Assembly: GCA_965201075.1 (NCBI GenBank)
Contig: CBDAVP010000014.1
Location: 1 to 64,000 of the forward strand
Direction of reading: 5' to 3'
Source of the DNA: Isosphaeraceae bacterium
GTDB taxonomy: Bacteria > Planctomycetota > Planctomycetia > Isosphaerales > Isosphaeraceae
Length of the DNA: 64,000 nucleotides
In this document: positions 18,380 to 29,080 of the stretch, piece after piece
Layout: the number at the start of each line of letters is the position of its first letter
How positions within the stretch are numbered: the stretch's first letter is position 1
The notes under the pieces: generated by a model
Seen by the model: only the letters and a program-made list of their open reading frames with translations
Databases searched by the model: none
What the model was told of the DNA's origin: nothing
Program-made: the position numbers and the translations under genes

Positions 18380-18861
18380 TGACCAAGTTCGGCAAGCTGC
18401 CGGCGCGGATGAACCCGGACCTGGCGATGGGGATGAACTGCTGAAGTAGACCGGGGCGAGAACCTGTTCACCGTGTTCGGCGAGCCGGATGTGAAGGTGA
18501 CGCGGGCCGGTGGAAAGTGACGGTGGAGATTCGCGGGGTGGACGTGTTCGACCCCAGCACCGGTGCGGTCCGCGGCGGCGATACCGAAGATATTGCCTGC
18601 TGGTTGCTGGACACCGACTCCGATGGCCAGAGCTTCTTTGTCCGCCACGCGTCCTTTTTGTATGGGGGAAAGGGCTCGGCGGACAGGTTCTACGAAAAGC
18701 TGAAGAAGGCGCTTCGGGCGGAGATTGACGAGAGGGAGTGGTCTCGACTGTACAGCGCCACGAGCCAGCCGTTCGACCCTCCGTCGACGGGCAAGATCGC
18801 CGTGAAGGTGATTCACCACTTTGGCGATGAGGTGCTGAAGGTTTATTCGGTCGGCGGTTGA
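18380..18861 (+). pseudogene. C-terminal fragment of a type III R-M Mod-like adenine DNA methyltransferase
   Basis: ARMNPDLAMG/DELLK*TG/NLFTVFGEPD/VEIRGVDVFDPSTG...DIACWLLDTD...FFVRHA...GKIAVKVIHHFGDEVLKVY; frameshifts, a stop, no N-terminal part. Confidence 0.8.
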
Positions 18862-18876
18862 GTTGGGGGACGCTCT

Positions 18877-18953
18877 GGGCTGGGGCCTCGTCCGCGAGAG
18901 CCCGGTGCGATCGCTCGCGGACCGGGGTCTGGAAGACCAGACCCCAGTCACCC
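18877..18953 (-). repeat. REP-like palindromic element, class 1, copy 3 (inverted)
   Basis: Reverse complement GGGTGACTGGGGTCTGGTCTTCCAGACCCC...CTCGCGGACGAGGCCCCAGCCC. Confidence 0.7.
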
Positions 18954-19185
18954 ACTCAGGAACCTGGCTACCTGGAGGTCAAGAGAGGCGTCGCTTTTGC
19001 GCCTCGGGCGATCGGTGGGCGGGCGTGGGGGCCTGCCGTTGCCTGGCCGTATGCTTTTGCGAAACGCATGCGGATTTTTGTGGAAACCATGGGTGTTGTC
19101 GGTCACATTGAGTTCGGTTGAGGAGTTGTGGGAGATCCGGACGGGTGGTCATCCCTTTTGGGGAATGGGAAAGGGGCGTGGGACG

Positions 19186-19590
19186 ATGGCAGCCCTGCTG
19201 GTGGTCGCGGCGGCGTTGGTGGGTCAGGGGCGGGGGGTTGGTTCGTTCGAGTTCCGCAACGGAACGGGGGACCAGGTTGTCACGATCTGGATTTATAGCC
19301 TGACCGACCGTGGGTGGGCGAACCGGGGGAAGCCGTTGGTGGTGAAGCCGCACCTGGCGACGCGGCTGAACCTGTACAGCGGGCGTTATCGGCTGGTCTT
19401 CAAGAGTTCGAATCAGTCGTCACTGACCCAGGACCGGACCCTGGCCGGGGGAGAGTCGGACCGGTTGCAGATTGGCGACCCTCAGGCGGGGATGATGGCC
19501 GCGGCGCAGTTGCAGGTGTTCTCGGTGCGGGGCGATTCCGGCGATTACGAGGAGGCGATCGCTCCGCCGATGGTGGCTCCGTCGCCCTAA
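19186..19590 (+). CDS. Secreted hypothetical protein
   Basis: Short hydrophobic N-term MAALLVVAAALVGQ, then a beta-rich domain FEFRNGTGDQVVTIWIY. Confidence 0.65.
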   Translation: MAALLVVAAALVGQGRGVGSFEFRNGTGDQVVTIWIYSLTDRGWANRGKPLVVKPHLATRLNLYSGRYRLVFKSSNQSSLTQDRTLAGGESDRLQIGDPQAGMMAAAQLQVFSVRGDSGDYEEAIAPPMVAPSP

Positions 19591-19638
19591 TTTCGGTGGT
19601 TTGCCGAGTTGGGGTTTTGGGGAAGTCGCTGGGGGCTG

Positions 19639-20748
19639 TTATTCGGCGTAGGCGATCGCGAAGGTGTCGTCGGTGGCGGGGGTGTTGAAGAAGTCCGCCT
19701 TGAGGCGGATGGTGGCGAGACCTCCGTAGCGGAGGAACCTCCAGCCGACGATTTTGTAGTTCATCATGGGGTTGGCCGGGTTGGTTGTGTCCTCCACCAC
19801 GAAATAGGTCCAGCCGGCGACGGAGGGTGGGGGCTGAGGCATGTCTGGGGCGATGGGCCAGTGGCGCCAACGGTCGGCCTGGCGGTGTCCCTCGGGTCGG
19901 TAGACGTGTCGCCAGATTTTGAGCGGGTGGCCGGTCTCGTTCTGGACGATCACGGCGCACATGGTGCGCTTGGGGTCGGTGGGCAGGAGGGGTCGGTCGG
20001 CGTCGGCGTCGCGGGGGATCGGGTTTTCGGGGAGTTCGGGCTCGTCGACCGGTGGAGGCATCGGGGCGAGGTCGGTCTCGGGCGGTTTGGCCTCGGGAGC
20101 GATGGAGCCTCCGGGGCTGGGGGTGCCGGCGGTCTGGGGTGGTTGCTCCGCTGGGCCGGGGCGTCGGTGGGTTGCGGCGAACACGGCGGCGAGTAGGGCG
20201 AGGGCGATGGTGAGGAGCAGGGCGGCGAGCGTTGTCGGACTTCGCCAGGCCGGGAACCGACGGGGGCGCGGGGCCGGTTCGGTAAAGGGTGGGGCCGCGC
20301 CGCTGGCGTTGGGATGGGCCTCGCCGGGCGAGGGGGCCGTGGGGTGGCTTGTCAGGAGCAGGGAGACGGTGGTGGCCAGGCGGTCCAGGTGCTTTTCCAG
20401 GGGGGGCGTCAGGGCGTCCAGCCAGTGGACGGTCGCGAGGAAGAACCGCAGGTCCGGGGACAGGTCAAGTTCCTCGATGCGGAAGGGGACGATGACCTTG
20501 GCGGAACCGACAGCGAGGCCGACCTCGTTATTGACGTATTGCGAGGTGTTGGAGGAGGCGGAGAGGATCAGGACCATGACGCGGCAGTCATGGATCGCGT
20601 GAGTCAACGCCGCGCCGAAGTTGGCCGAGGGGAGGACGTTGCGGGGCGCGATCCAGCAGCGGATCTTGCGCTCTTCGAGCCTGGCGCAGACCGCGTCGGC
20701 GATGAGTTTGTCGACAACGGAATAGCTGATGAAGACATCATGGGCCAT
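19639..20748 (-). CDS. TIR-domain membrane protein
   Basis: MAHDVFISYS...IRCWIAPR...SNTSQYVNNEV...VPFRIE; TM LAALLLTIALALLAAVFAA; Pro-rich linker; C-terminal beta domain. Confidence 0.9.
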   Translation of the reverse strand: MAHDVFISYSVVDKLIADAVCARLEERKIRCWIAPRNVLPSANFGAALTHAIHDCRVMVLILSASSNTSQYVNNEVGLAVGSAKVIVPFRIEELDLSPDLRFFLATVHWLDALTPPLEKHLDRLATTVSLLLTSHPTAPSPGEAHPNASGAAPPFTEPAPRPRRFPAWRSPTTLAALLLTIALALLAAVFAATHRRPGPAEQPPQTAGTPSPGGSIAPEAKPPETDLAPMPPPVDEPELPENPIPRDADADRPLLPTDPKRTMCAVIVQNETGHPLKIWRHVYRPEGHRQADRWRHWPIAPDMPQPPPSVAGWTYFVVEDTTNPANPMMNYKIVGWRFLRYGGLATIRLKADFFNTPATDDTFAIAYAE

Positions 20749-20938
20749 GAGTCGCCCCCGATGGGGGTTCGCGGGTTGGCGAGGGGTTCCGGCTCGGCGG
20801 CGCCCTGGGGGCGGATTGTCGTCGGCGATCGTCCCGAAGTCCACAAGCGGGCCGGCGGACTCGGGTCGGCGGCTGGGTGGGTTCGTAGGGGGCTCGTCCG
20901 CGTGGGCCCATGGTCCTGACGAGGAGACGGTGGCTCCT

Positions 20939-22312
20939 TTATTCCCCTTTTGGGCCTTCGGCGGCTTTCAGGAGTTCTTCGATCTCCCGGGCGGGGTCGG
21001 GCAGGTGTCCGCGTGCGTGGAGCATCCCCCTGGCGTCGATGAGGACTTGCGTGGGGTAGGCCCGGATGTGGTAGCGCTTCTGGATGGGCCCCTCCCCGGG
21101 GGCTCCGTCGGCCCAGTTGCGCCAGGGGATGGGTTCGTCTCGGGCGGCCTTGCGTGCGGCCTCGATGTCCTCGTCGCAGTTGATGCCGAGGAGGGCGAAG
21201 GGTTTGCCCTGGAAGCGTTCGGCCAGTTTCCGCTCTTCGGGGATCGCTGCCATGCAAGGTCCGCACCAGGTCCCCCAGAAGACGAGGAGGACGACCTTGC
21301 CTCGCAGCTCGCTCAGGTGGAGCGTCCGGCCTTCGAGGTCCTTGCCGTCGACCTCGGGGGCGGGCTGGCCGGGGGCGAGGGCGTGCATCTCGTCGAGGGC
21401 TTCCTCGGCGAACTGGCCGAGAGTTTGGCGTTTGGCGAGGTGGCGTTCGATGGCGAGGTACTCCGTTCGCTCCTCGGGGTCGGTGATGGCTTCCAGTGGT
21501 TTCGCTTTCAGGCGGGCTGCGAGCTTCTTCATGCGGGTGGTGAGGAGCGGGATGTCGGCGTAGTTGTCGATCACCTCTGTGTAGAGCCGTTCGGACCCGG
21601 CCCGAACGGCCGTGGGGTCGAGCAGGCCGCGGTGGACCTGCGACACGGCGTGGTCGAGGGGAAGTTTGAACTCCGGAGCCTCGTGTTGGGCTCGGTTTTC
21701 GGGAGCGAGCTGGGCCCGGGGGTTTTGCCCCGTGAACATCGGTGGGATGGGGATCGCGGCGAGCCGCTGGAGATAGTGGGCCAGGGCCAGCCGGGCCAGC
21801 CCCTTCGCCTCGCGATCCTGGGCCGAGACGTAGATGCCCATCAAGAACGCCTCCCGGGGGAGCGTGAAGGAGCATTGGGCCTGCGTCATGGCCTCGCGGG
21901 CGACTTCGAGGTCCTGGGCGTGGTGCTGCAGGAGCAGGATGCTGGCGGGGTTGTAAAACTCGGCGTATTGGTCGCTCGGGCCCATGCCCGGCTGGTCGAG
22001 GATCCAGAGGAGGGCGTCTCGCGCGCCGGGGTCCTTGGGGTTGGGGGTCGCCAGGTCCATCATTTTCCGGCAGTAGTCCAGGGGGCTTGGGTCCAGGACG
22101 CGGAATTGCTTGATGCCTTCGGCTTCGGACTTCGCCTCATTGGCCGCCTTGCTGGCTCGTTCCTGCTGGGCTTCGTATTCGGCCCGAGCGTGGGCAACTT
22201 GCGCGGCGAGGGGCGGGGTGTCGTCGGCGAGAGAGGCGAAGGGTGAGGCCAGCAGAACGAGGAGGGTGGACCAGGGTTGGCGGCGGTGTTGGGGAGTGCG
22301 AGGTTGGTTCAT
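20939..22312 (-). CDS. TlpA-family thiol-disulfide oxidoreductase with long helical N-terminal region
   Basis: Signal peptide; LRGKVVLLVFWGTWCGPC; YPTQVLID. Confidence 0.9.
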   Translation of the reverse strand: MNQPRTPQHRRQPWSTLLVLLASPFASLADDTPPLAAQVAHARAEYEAQQERASKAANEAKSEAEGIKQFRVLDPSPLDYCRKMMDLATPNPKDPGARDALLWILDQPGMGPSDQYAEFYNPASILLLQHHAQDLEVAREAMTQAQCSFTLPREAFLMGIYVSAQDREAKGLARLALAHYLQRLAAIPIPPMFTGQNPRAQLAPENRAQHEAPEFKLPLDHAVSQVHRGLLDPTAVRAGSERLYTEVIDNYADIPLLTTRMKKLAARLKAKPLEAITDPEERTEYLAIERHLAKRQTLGQFAEEALDEMHALAPGQPAPEVDGKDLEGRTLHLSELRGKVVLLVFWGTWCGPCMAAIPEERKLAERFQGKPFALLGINCDEDIEAARKAARDEPIPWRNWADGAPGEGPIQKRYHIRAYPTQVLIDARGMLHARGHLPDPAREIEELLKAAEGPKGE

Positions 22313-22538
22313 GGCTGTCCTCCTGGCTGGGTCCAATTCCTAAACGGCGGTAGACGGTCGAGTTTGGGGCGGTCGCGAGTTTACTCGGGCGGTCGGGGCG
22401 CGGCGAGCTTGGCGGGGGTGGGGGTGTTCGACTACCTTGGGGGCATCGCGAGGGAGGTTGGGCGGGCCTTTCCGGCTTTGTGGGCCGGGGGGTTGTTGTC
22501 TGGCCTCGTCGCGGGTGGCCCGGTTTTTGAGAGTGTTG

Positions 22539-24740
22539 ATGATGGCCCAGGTTCCGGTTGCTGTTCAGGTGAAGTTGCCCGATGGGTCGGTTCGTGAGTT
22601 TCCCGAGGGGGTTCGGCCTCGGGAGATTGCCGAGGGGATTGGCAAGCGGCTGGCCGAGGCGGCCGTGGCGGCGGTGGCCGATGGGGTGATCGTGGACCTG
22701 GATCGGCCGTTGGAGAATGGTCGTGGGGAGCCGATCGCGCTTCGGTTGCTGACTCCGAGGGATCGCGAGGCGTTGGATGTCTTGCGACACTCGACGGCGC
22801 ATGTGATGGCTCGGGCGATTGTTCGGCTGTTTCCCGGGGCCCAGTTGGCGTTTGGGCCGACGACCGCCAGCGGGTTCTACTATGATGTGGACCTGCCGGG
22901 GCGGTCGCTTTCGGAGGAGGACTTTCCGGCGATCGAGGCCGAGATGGCCAAGGTGGTCGCCGATGCCGAGCCGTTTGAACGGTTCAGCCTGCCGGTGGAC
23001 GATGCTCGGCAGTTCGTGGGGGATCTGGGGCAAGGGTACAAGGTTGAGCATATTGATGATGAGCTGCACAAGTTTGGGATTTTGAGCTTCTATCGGCAGG
23101 GGGAGTTCGTCGACCTTTGTCGGGGTCCGCACATTCCCCATGCGGGGAAGGTGGGGGCGTTCAAGCTGCTATCGATCGCCGGGTCGTACTGGAAGGCCCA
23201 TACCGATCGGAAGATGCTTCAGCGCGTTTATGGGACTGCGTTTTTCGAGAAGAAGGAACTGGATGCGCATCTGGCTCAGGTGGAGGAGGCGAAGAAGCGG
23301 GACCATCGGCGGTTGGGGAAAGAGCTGGGGCTGTTCACGATCTCGCCGTTGGTGGGGTCGGGGTTGATTCTGTGGATGCCCAAGGGGGCAACGGTTCGGG
23401 GGTTGCTGGAGAGCTTCCTCAAGGAAGAGTTGCTTAAGCGCGGGTATCAACCCGTCTATACGCCTCATATCGGCAAGATTGAGTTGTACGAGACGAGTGG
23501 GCATTATCCTTACTACAAGGATTCGCAATTCCCGCCGTTGCGGTTGCTGTCGGACGCGGCGATGTCGTTGGTGGATGGGCTGGAGAAGGGGACGGCCGAT
23601 GACGCGGCACAGCGGAAGCTTCTGGGCGATGCGGGGATTCCCGAGCGGATGCCGGAGGGGGTTCCTTACTTCGAGCTGGCTTCGGCGGCGCGGGTGAAGT
23701 ATGTGCAGGATCATGGGGTCAGCGAGGAATACTTGCTGAAGCCGATGAACTGTCCGCATCATATTCAGATCTTCGCCGCTCAGCCGCGGAGCTATCGGGA
23801 CTTGCCGGTGAGGCTGGCGGAGTTCGGGACGGTGTATCGGTATGAGCAGTCGGGGGAGCTTTCGGGGCTGACTCGGGTGAGGGGGTTCACTCAGGATGAT
23901 GCTCATCTGTTTTGTACCCCGGAACAGGTGCGCGGGGAGTTTCGGGCGACGATGGAGTTGACCCAGCATGTGCTGGAGAACCTGGGGTTGACGGACTATC
24001 GGCTGCGGTTGTCGAGGAGCGACCCGGACGACCCAAAGTATCAGGGGGCCGAGGGGGAGACCTGGAAGCGGGCCGAGGCGGATATTCGGGCGGTGCTGGA
24101 TGAGATGGGGCTGCCCTACGACGAGGCGGTGGGGGAGGCCGCGTTCTATGGGCCGAAGGCGGATTTCGTGGTGCGGGACTGCATTGGTCGTCAATGGCAG
24201 TTGGGGACGGTGCAGCTGGATTATGTGCTGCCGGAGCGGTTCGGGCTGCATTACACCGGGGCGGACAATCAGCCGCATCGACCGGTGATGATTCACCGGG
24301 CTCCGTTTGGGAGCATGGAACGGTTCATGGGAATCTTGATCGAGCATTTCGCCGGGGCGTTTCCGCTTTGGCTGGCTCCGGAGCAGGTGCGGGTCTTGCC
24401 GATCTCGGACAAGTTCGCCGAGTATGCCGAGACGGTGCATCAGGCGCTGTTGACGGCCGGGCTGCGAGCGACGGTGGATGCCCGGGCGGAGAAGGTGGGG
24501 GCGAAGATCCGCACCGCGCAGTTGGAGAAGATTCCGGCGATGCTGGTGGTGGGGGCCAAGGAGGCGGAGGCCGGGGCGGTTTCGTATCGAGACCGAATCG
24601 ACGGGGACCTGGGGGCCTTGCCTCTGGCCGAAGCGGTGGCGAGGCTGGTGGCGGAATCGGCGGCGCGGTCGATTCGGCAGGTGGCGGCTCCGCTGGCCCC
24701 GGCCGAGGCGGGCCCGGAAGAGGAGCGGTTTTCGTACTGA
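22539..24740 (+). CDS. thrS: Threonine--tRNA ligase
   Basis: TGS domain; [54 protein letters not shown]. Confidence 0.98.
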   Translation: MMAQVPVAVQVKLPDGSVREFPEGVRPREIAEGIGKRLAEAAVAAVADGVIVDLDRPLENGRGEPIALRLLTPRDREALDVLRHSTAHVMARAIVRLFPGAQLAFGPTTASGFYYDVDLPGRSLSEEDFPAIEAEMAKVVADAEPFERFSLPVDDARQFVGDLGQGYKVEHIDDELHKFGILSFYRQGEFVDLCRGPHIPHAGKVGAFKLLSIAGSYWKAHTDRKMLQRVYGTAFFEKKELDAHLAQVEEAKKRDHRRLGKELGLFTISPLVGSGLILWMPKGATVRGLLESFLKEELLKRGYQPVYTPHIGKIELYETSGHYPYYKDSQFPPLRLLSDAAMSLVDGLEKGTADDAAQRKLLGDAGIPERMPEGVPYFELASAARVKYVQDHGVSEEYLLKPMNCPHHIQIFAAQPRSYRDLPVRLAEFGTVYRYEQSGELSGLTRVRGFTQDDAHLFCTPEQVRGEFRATMELTQHVLENLGLTDYRLRLSRSDPDDPKYQGAEGETWKRAEADIRAVLDEMGLPYDEAVGEAAFYGPKADFVVRDCIGRQWQLGTVQLDYVLPERFGLHYTGADNQPHRPVMIHRAPFGSMERFMGILIEHFAGAFPLWLAPEQVRVLPISDKFAEYAETVHQALLTAGLRATVDARAEKVGAKIRTAQLEKIPAMLVVGAKEAEAGAVSYRDRIDGDLGALPLAEAVARLVAESAARSIRQVAAPLAPAEAGPEEERFSY

Positions 24741-24865
24741 TCGGGGGCGGTAGCGAAGGGGGGTCGTCGAGGGGCGGCCTCTTGCCCTGGGGGTGCGGAT
24801 CGGGTCTACTAGGCCGATGGATGGGCGGCCGTGCGAGGTTGGGGGAGGCCGCCCCGTGGGTTTGA

Positions 24866-24948
24866 GCCGAAGTGGCGGAATGGCAGACGCGACGGACTCA
24901 AAATCCGTTGGGGTAACACCCGTGTGGGTTCAAGTCCCACCTTCGGTA
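24866..24948 (+). tRNA. tRNA-Leu(CAA)
   Basis: Acceptor GCCGAAG/CTTCGGT; anticodon loop CTCAAAA; long variable arm; GGTTCAAGTCC T-arm; no encoded CCA. Confidence 0.95.
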
Positions 24949-25028
24949 CTTTTGGATGGCCAAGATTTGTTGATTGAGGTCGTGGTCCTCGTGGTGCGTT
25001 CCCGATCCATCTGGAGAGGGCCGCGGCC

Positions 25029-26092
25029 GTGGCGAGTCTTCGCGGGGCGATGGCTCTGGTTGTCCTTTGCGGCGTGGCATTTACCGCGTTGCGGACGGCC
25101 TCCGACCTTTGGCTGAGTGTGCTTTCTAGCCTCGCGGTGGTGTTGCTACTGGTCGCCGCCGTGGCGTCCCGGTTCCGGAGGGGGGCCGAGGGGGCGTTCT
25201 GGTTGGGTTTTGCCGTGTTCGGGTGGGGACTGTTCCTGCTGGGGATGGGGCGGGCCTCGCCATTGTCTGACGACGACGAGCTGAATCGGGGCTGCTGACG
25301 TCGAGGTTGATCGATTGGCTGGTCCCGCACTTGCGGAATGCGACGAATGGCCCGAAGGCCCTCGACGACCTGACCGTCAACGCGACCAAGATCGTCCACC
25401 TGATGGTGACGCTGGCGATGGCGTGCTTCGGTGGTGGGCTGGCCGCCTGGATGTGGCGGCGACGCCGGGCGCGTCTGCCGGGTGCCGGCAAGTCGGTCGC
25501 CGCAATCACCCTGGCCTCGTTGGGGATGACGGGGCTGAGTGCGTGGGCCGACGCGGGCCGGCCGCCGCAATTCTTCCTGGCGTGGGCGACGGACGAGGCG
25601 AAAGGTTTCGGCGAGTTCTCCGTCGATTGGTACTCGGGCCAGTTGGCGGCGATGGGCGAGCGTCCGCTTTGGCCGCCGCCGAAGGTTGGGACCACCCTTC
25701 GGCTTCTGTAGCTCCCGAGTTTCGATCACTCCGTCTGCGTGCGGATCGACCGGACGGTGGACGGTGCTGAGTTGCGGGCGAAGGTCCTCGATGGTGACGG
25801 ATTTAAGCGCCCCGGGTCGGTGGGCATCGACCGGGTGGTCCGCCTTCGCGAGGATCAGTGGGCCGAGGTGACTCGGCGCGTCGAGGCGGCGAAGTTCTGG
25901 GCGATCCCGACGAAGTCCGCCGAGGATGAGGCGGATAACGATGGCGACGGGATCGTTATCGAGGGCGTCGAGGCCGGGGCCTACCATGTGGTCGATCGGT
26001 GGGCGCCCGACCCTGATTACGATGATCTCGCCCGTTACCTGCTTGGGCTGACGGGGATCGCCCTGGAGACGACCTGGGACGAGAATCATTGA
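25029..26092 (+). pseudogene. Disrupted membrane protein gene
   Basis: Three ORFs form one protein: frameshift near 25290 and in-frame TAG at 25709 (RLL*LPSFDH); 25307 and 25739 are in the same frame. Confidence 0.7.
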
Positions 26093-26250
26093 GCCGGAAC
26101 GAAAGGACGTTCCGCTCGGGCCGCGGGGTCGAGGGTGACGGATCGTCGCTGGTGGAGGCTTGAAGCGGGTTCGCGGCGTTATCGAACTCCTGGCAAGGAG
26201 AACGTCCCGGACGTCGGCGGGGAATTCGTAGCTTGACCTCGGACACTTGG

Positions 26251-26280
26251 TTGACCTGGAGGAGGGGCCGGGTGTAGAAT
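26251..26280 (+). promoter_or_regulatory. Candidate sigma70-type promoter of the radical SAM-AAA-PilT operon
   Basis: TTGACC-18 bp-TAGAAT, 38 bp upstream of ATG 26319. Confidence 0.5.
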
Positions 26281-26318
26281 CCCGTGACAACTGTCATTGT
26301 ACGGATGTCGTTGGCGGG

Positions 26319-27158
26319 ATGATTTCGATGCACTCGGCGACCATTGGCGTGGATCGGTTGGCAGAGGCTCGGCGTCATGAGTCGTGTTGCGGGCTTTGCG
26401 AGCATCGGTGCGGAGTGGATCGTGGGGCTGGGGGGCGGGGGCCTTGCCGGGCTGGGGTTGATGCCCGGGTATTCAAGCAGCGGGTGGAGTTTGGCGAGGA
26501 ACGGGAGCTGGTCCCCAGCCACCTGTTTTACCTTTCCGGGTGCGACCTGCGTTGCGCCTTTTGCATCGCGGGGGTGAATGCGTTCGACCCTCGTCGTGGG
26601 CGGGTGTTGACCTCGGAGTTTTTGAACGGGGCGGTGGCCGAGGGACGGGCGCAGGGGGCTCGGACGCTTCAGTGGGTGGGGGGCGAGCCGACGATTCATC
26701 TGCCGGCGATTCTGGAGGCGATGGCCGGGTGCGCGGACCTTCCTCCGGTGGTTTGGAAGTCGGATTTTCATGGGACGCCCGAGGCGTTCGCGTTGCTGGA
26801 TGGGGTTGTGGCGGTCTATCTGGCGGATTTCAAGTTTGGGGCGGATGCCTGCGCGGAAAGGGTCGCCCGGGTGGGGAATTACTTGCGGATCGTCACCCGC
26901 AACCTGGTCACGGCCGCCTCGCAGGGGGATTTGATTGTGCGCCACCTGCTTTTGCCGGGTCATTTTGATTGCTGCTATCGGCCGGTCGTGGGGTGGCTGC
27001 GGGCAAACTTGCCGGGGGTGAAGTTCAGCCTTCGCGACAGCTACTTGCCGAGTTGGCGGGCCGGCCGCCATGCCGAACTGGCGAGGCCGCTGGCGGTTGG
27101 CGAGGGGCCGCGGGCTCGTGAGTTGGCGGATCAGCTGGGTTTGAGGCTGGTCGCATGA
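26319..27158 (+). CDS. PflX-like radical SAM protein
   Basis: N-term CGLCEHRCGVDR...C; CxxxCxxC (CDLRCAFC); VGGEPT; YLADFKFG; LIVRHLLLPGH. Confidence 0.88.
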   Translation: MISMHSATIGVDRLAEARRHESCCGLCEHRCGVDRGAGGRGPCRAGVDARVFKQRVEFGEERELVPSHLFYLSGCDLRCAFCIAGVNAFDPRRGRVLTSEFLNGAVAEGRAQGARTLQWVGGEPTIHLPAILEAMAGCADLPPVVWKSDFHGTPEAFALLDGVVAVYLADFKFGADACAERVARVGNYLRIVTRNLVTAASQGDLIVRHLLLPGHFDCCYRPVVGWLRANLPGVKFSLRDSYLPSWRAGRHAELARPLAVGEGPRARELADQLGLRLVA

Positions 27159-27352
27159 GCCAGAAACCCGAGAGGCCAGACCTGGTTGATGAGTCGGCCG
27201 AGAGTGAGATCACGATTCAGCCCGATGGGCGGATCTTCGCGTTCGGGATCACTCGCGAGTTGGTGGCGCTGCTGGAGACGATCCCGAGGGCGGTCGAGCG
27301 GGTGGCCTCGGAGGAATCACTGGTGGGCCGGACCGTTGGAGGGGGATCATGA
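27155..27352 (+). CDS. Small hypothetical protein (65 aa)
   Basis: ATGA overlaps with both neighbours; EITIQPDGRIFAFG. Confidence 0.75.
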   Translation: MSQKPERPDLVDESAESEITIQPDGRIFAFGITRELVALLETIPRAVERVASEESLVGRTVGGGS

Positions 27353-29043
27353 GCGAGACGCCCGGGATTTCCAATGGTCATTCGCCCCGTCCCGCGACTC
27401 CGACCGGGCCGCCTCGTGCCTCGGTTCCGGCGGTCCGGCCCCAGGCTCCGGCTCCGGTTCGGGGGAAGCCGGTGGATGAGCTGGAAGTGCTCATTCGCGC
27501 CCGGTATCCGGTCATCTATGTGGTGACCTGGGAAGAGGAGCGGCTGGAGCAGAAGCTGGCCGAGGTGGCTCGTCGGCGGAACAAGGGGTTTCATGTCTGG
27601 ACGTGCAGCCAGGGGCTTTTGAAGCATGGCGGCGACCCTCAGCAGCGGAGCAAGGGGGGGGCGGGGAGCACGGCCGACCCGGTCGCCGGGTTGGACGCGG
27701 TGCTGGCGCATGTCGATCCGGCGATCTTTCTATTCAAGGATTTGCACGACCACCTGGATGTGCGCGTTTGCCCGGCGAACCTGCGGAACATCCGCCGGTT
27801 GCGCGACGTGGCCCAGGCGTTGCGCGATACTTACAAGACAGTGGTGCTGGTTTCGCCGGTGATGAAGATACCGGTGGAGTTGTCGAAGGATGTCGCGGTG
27901 CTGGAGTTGGGGAACCCGTCCACCGCGGATTTCAATGGGTTGCTGGATCGGATTATTGAAGACGTGAAGGACCAGCCGCGAATCACGATCAACCTGGAGG
28001 CCGATGGCCGCGAGCGTTTGATTCACGCGGCTCGGGGGTTGACGTTGCGGGAGGCGGAAAATGTTTTCGCCAAGACGTTGGTGCTCGACGGGAAGCTGGA
28101 TGCGGACGACATAGGAGTCGTTTTCGGTGAAAAGCAGCAGATTATTCGCAAGAGCGGGGTGCTGGAGTATTACGAGAGCCAGGAGCAGTTCGCCAACGTG
28201 GCTGGGTTGGAGGATCTGAAAGGCTGGCTGCGGAAGCGTGGGTCGGCCTTCACGGAGCGGGCCGCGGCGTTTGGTTTGCCGTCTCCCAAGGGGGTGCTGT
28301 TGCTGGGAGTGCAGGGTTGCGGCAAGAGCCTTTGCGCCAAGGCGGCGTCGGGGCTCTGGAAGATGCCCTTGCTGCGGTTCGATATTGGTCGGGTGTTTGG
28401 CAGCCTGGTGGGGTCGAGCGAGGAGGGGATGCGCAAGGCGATTCAGACGGCCGAGGCCGTGGCTCCGGCGATCCTTTGGGTGGATGAGATTGATAAGGCG
28501 TTCGCGGGAATGCAAGGGTCGGGCGGGAGCGATGGCGGGACCTCGTCTCGCGTATTCGGGACGTTTTTGACCTGGCTTTCGGAGAAAACCACTCCGGTGT
28601 TCGTCATCGCGACGGCCAACGACATCAGCCAGCTTCCTCCGGAATTGCTGCGCAAAGGACGCGTGGATGAAATCTTCTTTGTGGATTTGCCCACCGAGCG
28701 GGAGCGTCGGGAGATTTTCCAGATTCATCTGACGAAGCGTCGGCGAGACCCTGGGCGGTTCGACCTGGATGAGCTTGCCCGGTTGAGCGATGGGTTCAGT
28801 GGCGCTGAGATCGAGGAGGCGATTATCTCGGGGTTGTTCGATGTGTTCAGCCGCGGGGAGGATCTGAATACCGACGCCCTGCGCGGGTCGCTGGTCGAGA
28901 CCGTGCCGATGTCGAGGACGATGAGCGAGGACTTGAATCGACTGCGGACGTGGGCCCAGGGTCGGGCCCGGCCGGCTTCGTCCGTGGTGGCGCCGGCTCC
29001 TCGCGACATGACCGGGGAAAGTCGTCGAAAGTTGGAGATCTGA
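27349..29043 (+). CDS. Ycf46-like AAA+ ATPase
   Basis: IRARYPVIYVVTWEEER; EKQQIIRKSGVLEY; Walker A GVQGCGKS; Walker B WVDEIDK; LLRKGRVDEIFFVDLP. Confidence 0.93.
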   Translation: MSETPGISNGHSPRPATPTGPPRASVPAVRPQAPAPVRGKPVDELEVLIRARYPVIYVVTWEEERLEQKLAEVARRRNKGFHVWTCSQGLLKHGGDPQQRSKGGAGSTADPVAGLDAVLAHVDPAIFLFKDLHDHLDVRVCPANLRNIRRLRDVAQALRDTYKTVVLVSPVMKIPVELSKDVAVLELGNPSTADFNGLLDRIIEDVKDQPRITINLEADGRERLIHAARGLTLREAENVFAKTLVLDGKLDADDIGVVFGEKQQIIRKSGVLEYYESQEQFANVAGLEDLKGWLRKRGSAFTERAAAFGLPSPKGVLLLGVQGCGKSLCAKAASGLWKMPLLRFDIGRVFGSLVGSSEEGMRKAIQTAEAVAPAILWVDEIDKAFAGMQGSGGSDGGTSSRVFGTFLTWLSEKTTPVFVIATANDISQLPPELLRKGRVDEIFFVDLPTERERREIFQIHLTKRRRDPGRFDLDELARLSDGFSGAEIEEAIISGLFDVFSRGEDLNTDALRGSLVETVPMSRTMSEDLNRLRTWAQGRARPASSVVAPAPRDMTGESRRKLEI

Positions 29044-29080
29044 GGGCGAGTCGGTTGGAAACCCACGAGGAGACCTGTAG

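Noticed and set aside
25709..25711. Programmed TAG readthrough (pyrrolysine or recoding)
   Set aside because: The same gene also has a frameshift, other genes end normally in TAG, and no pyl genes are visible
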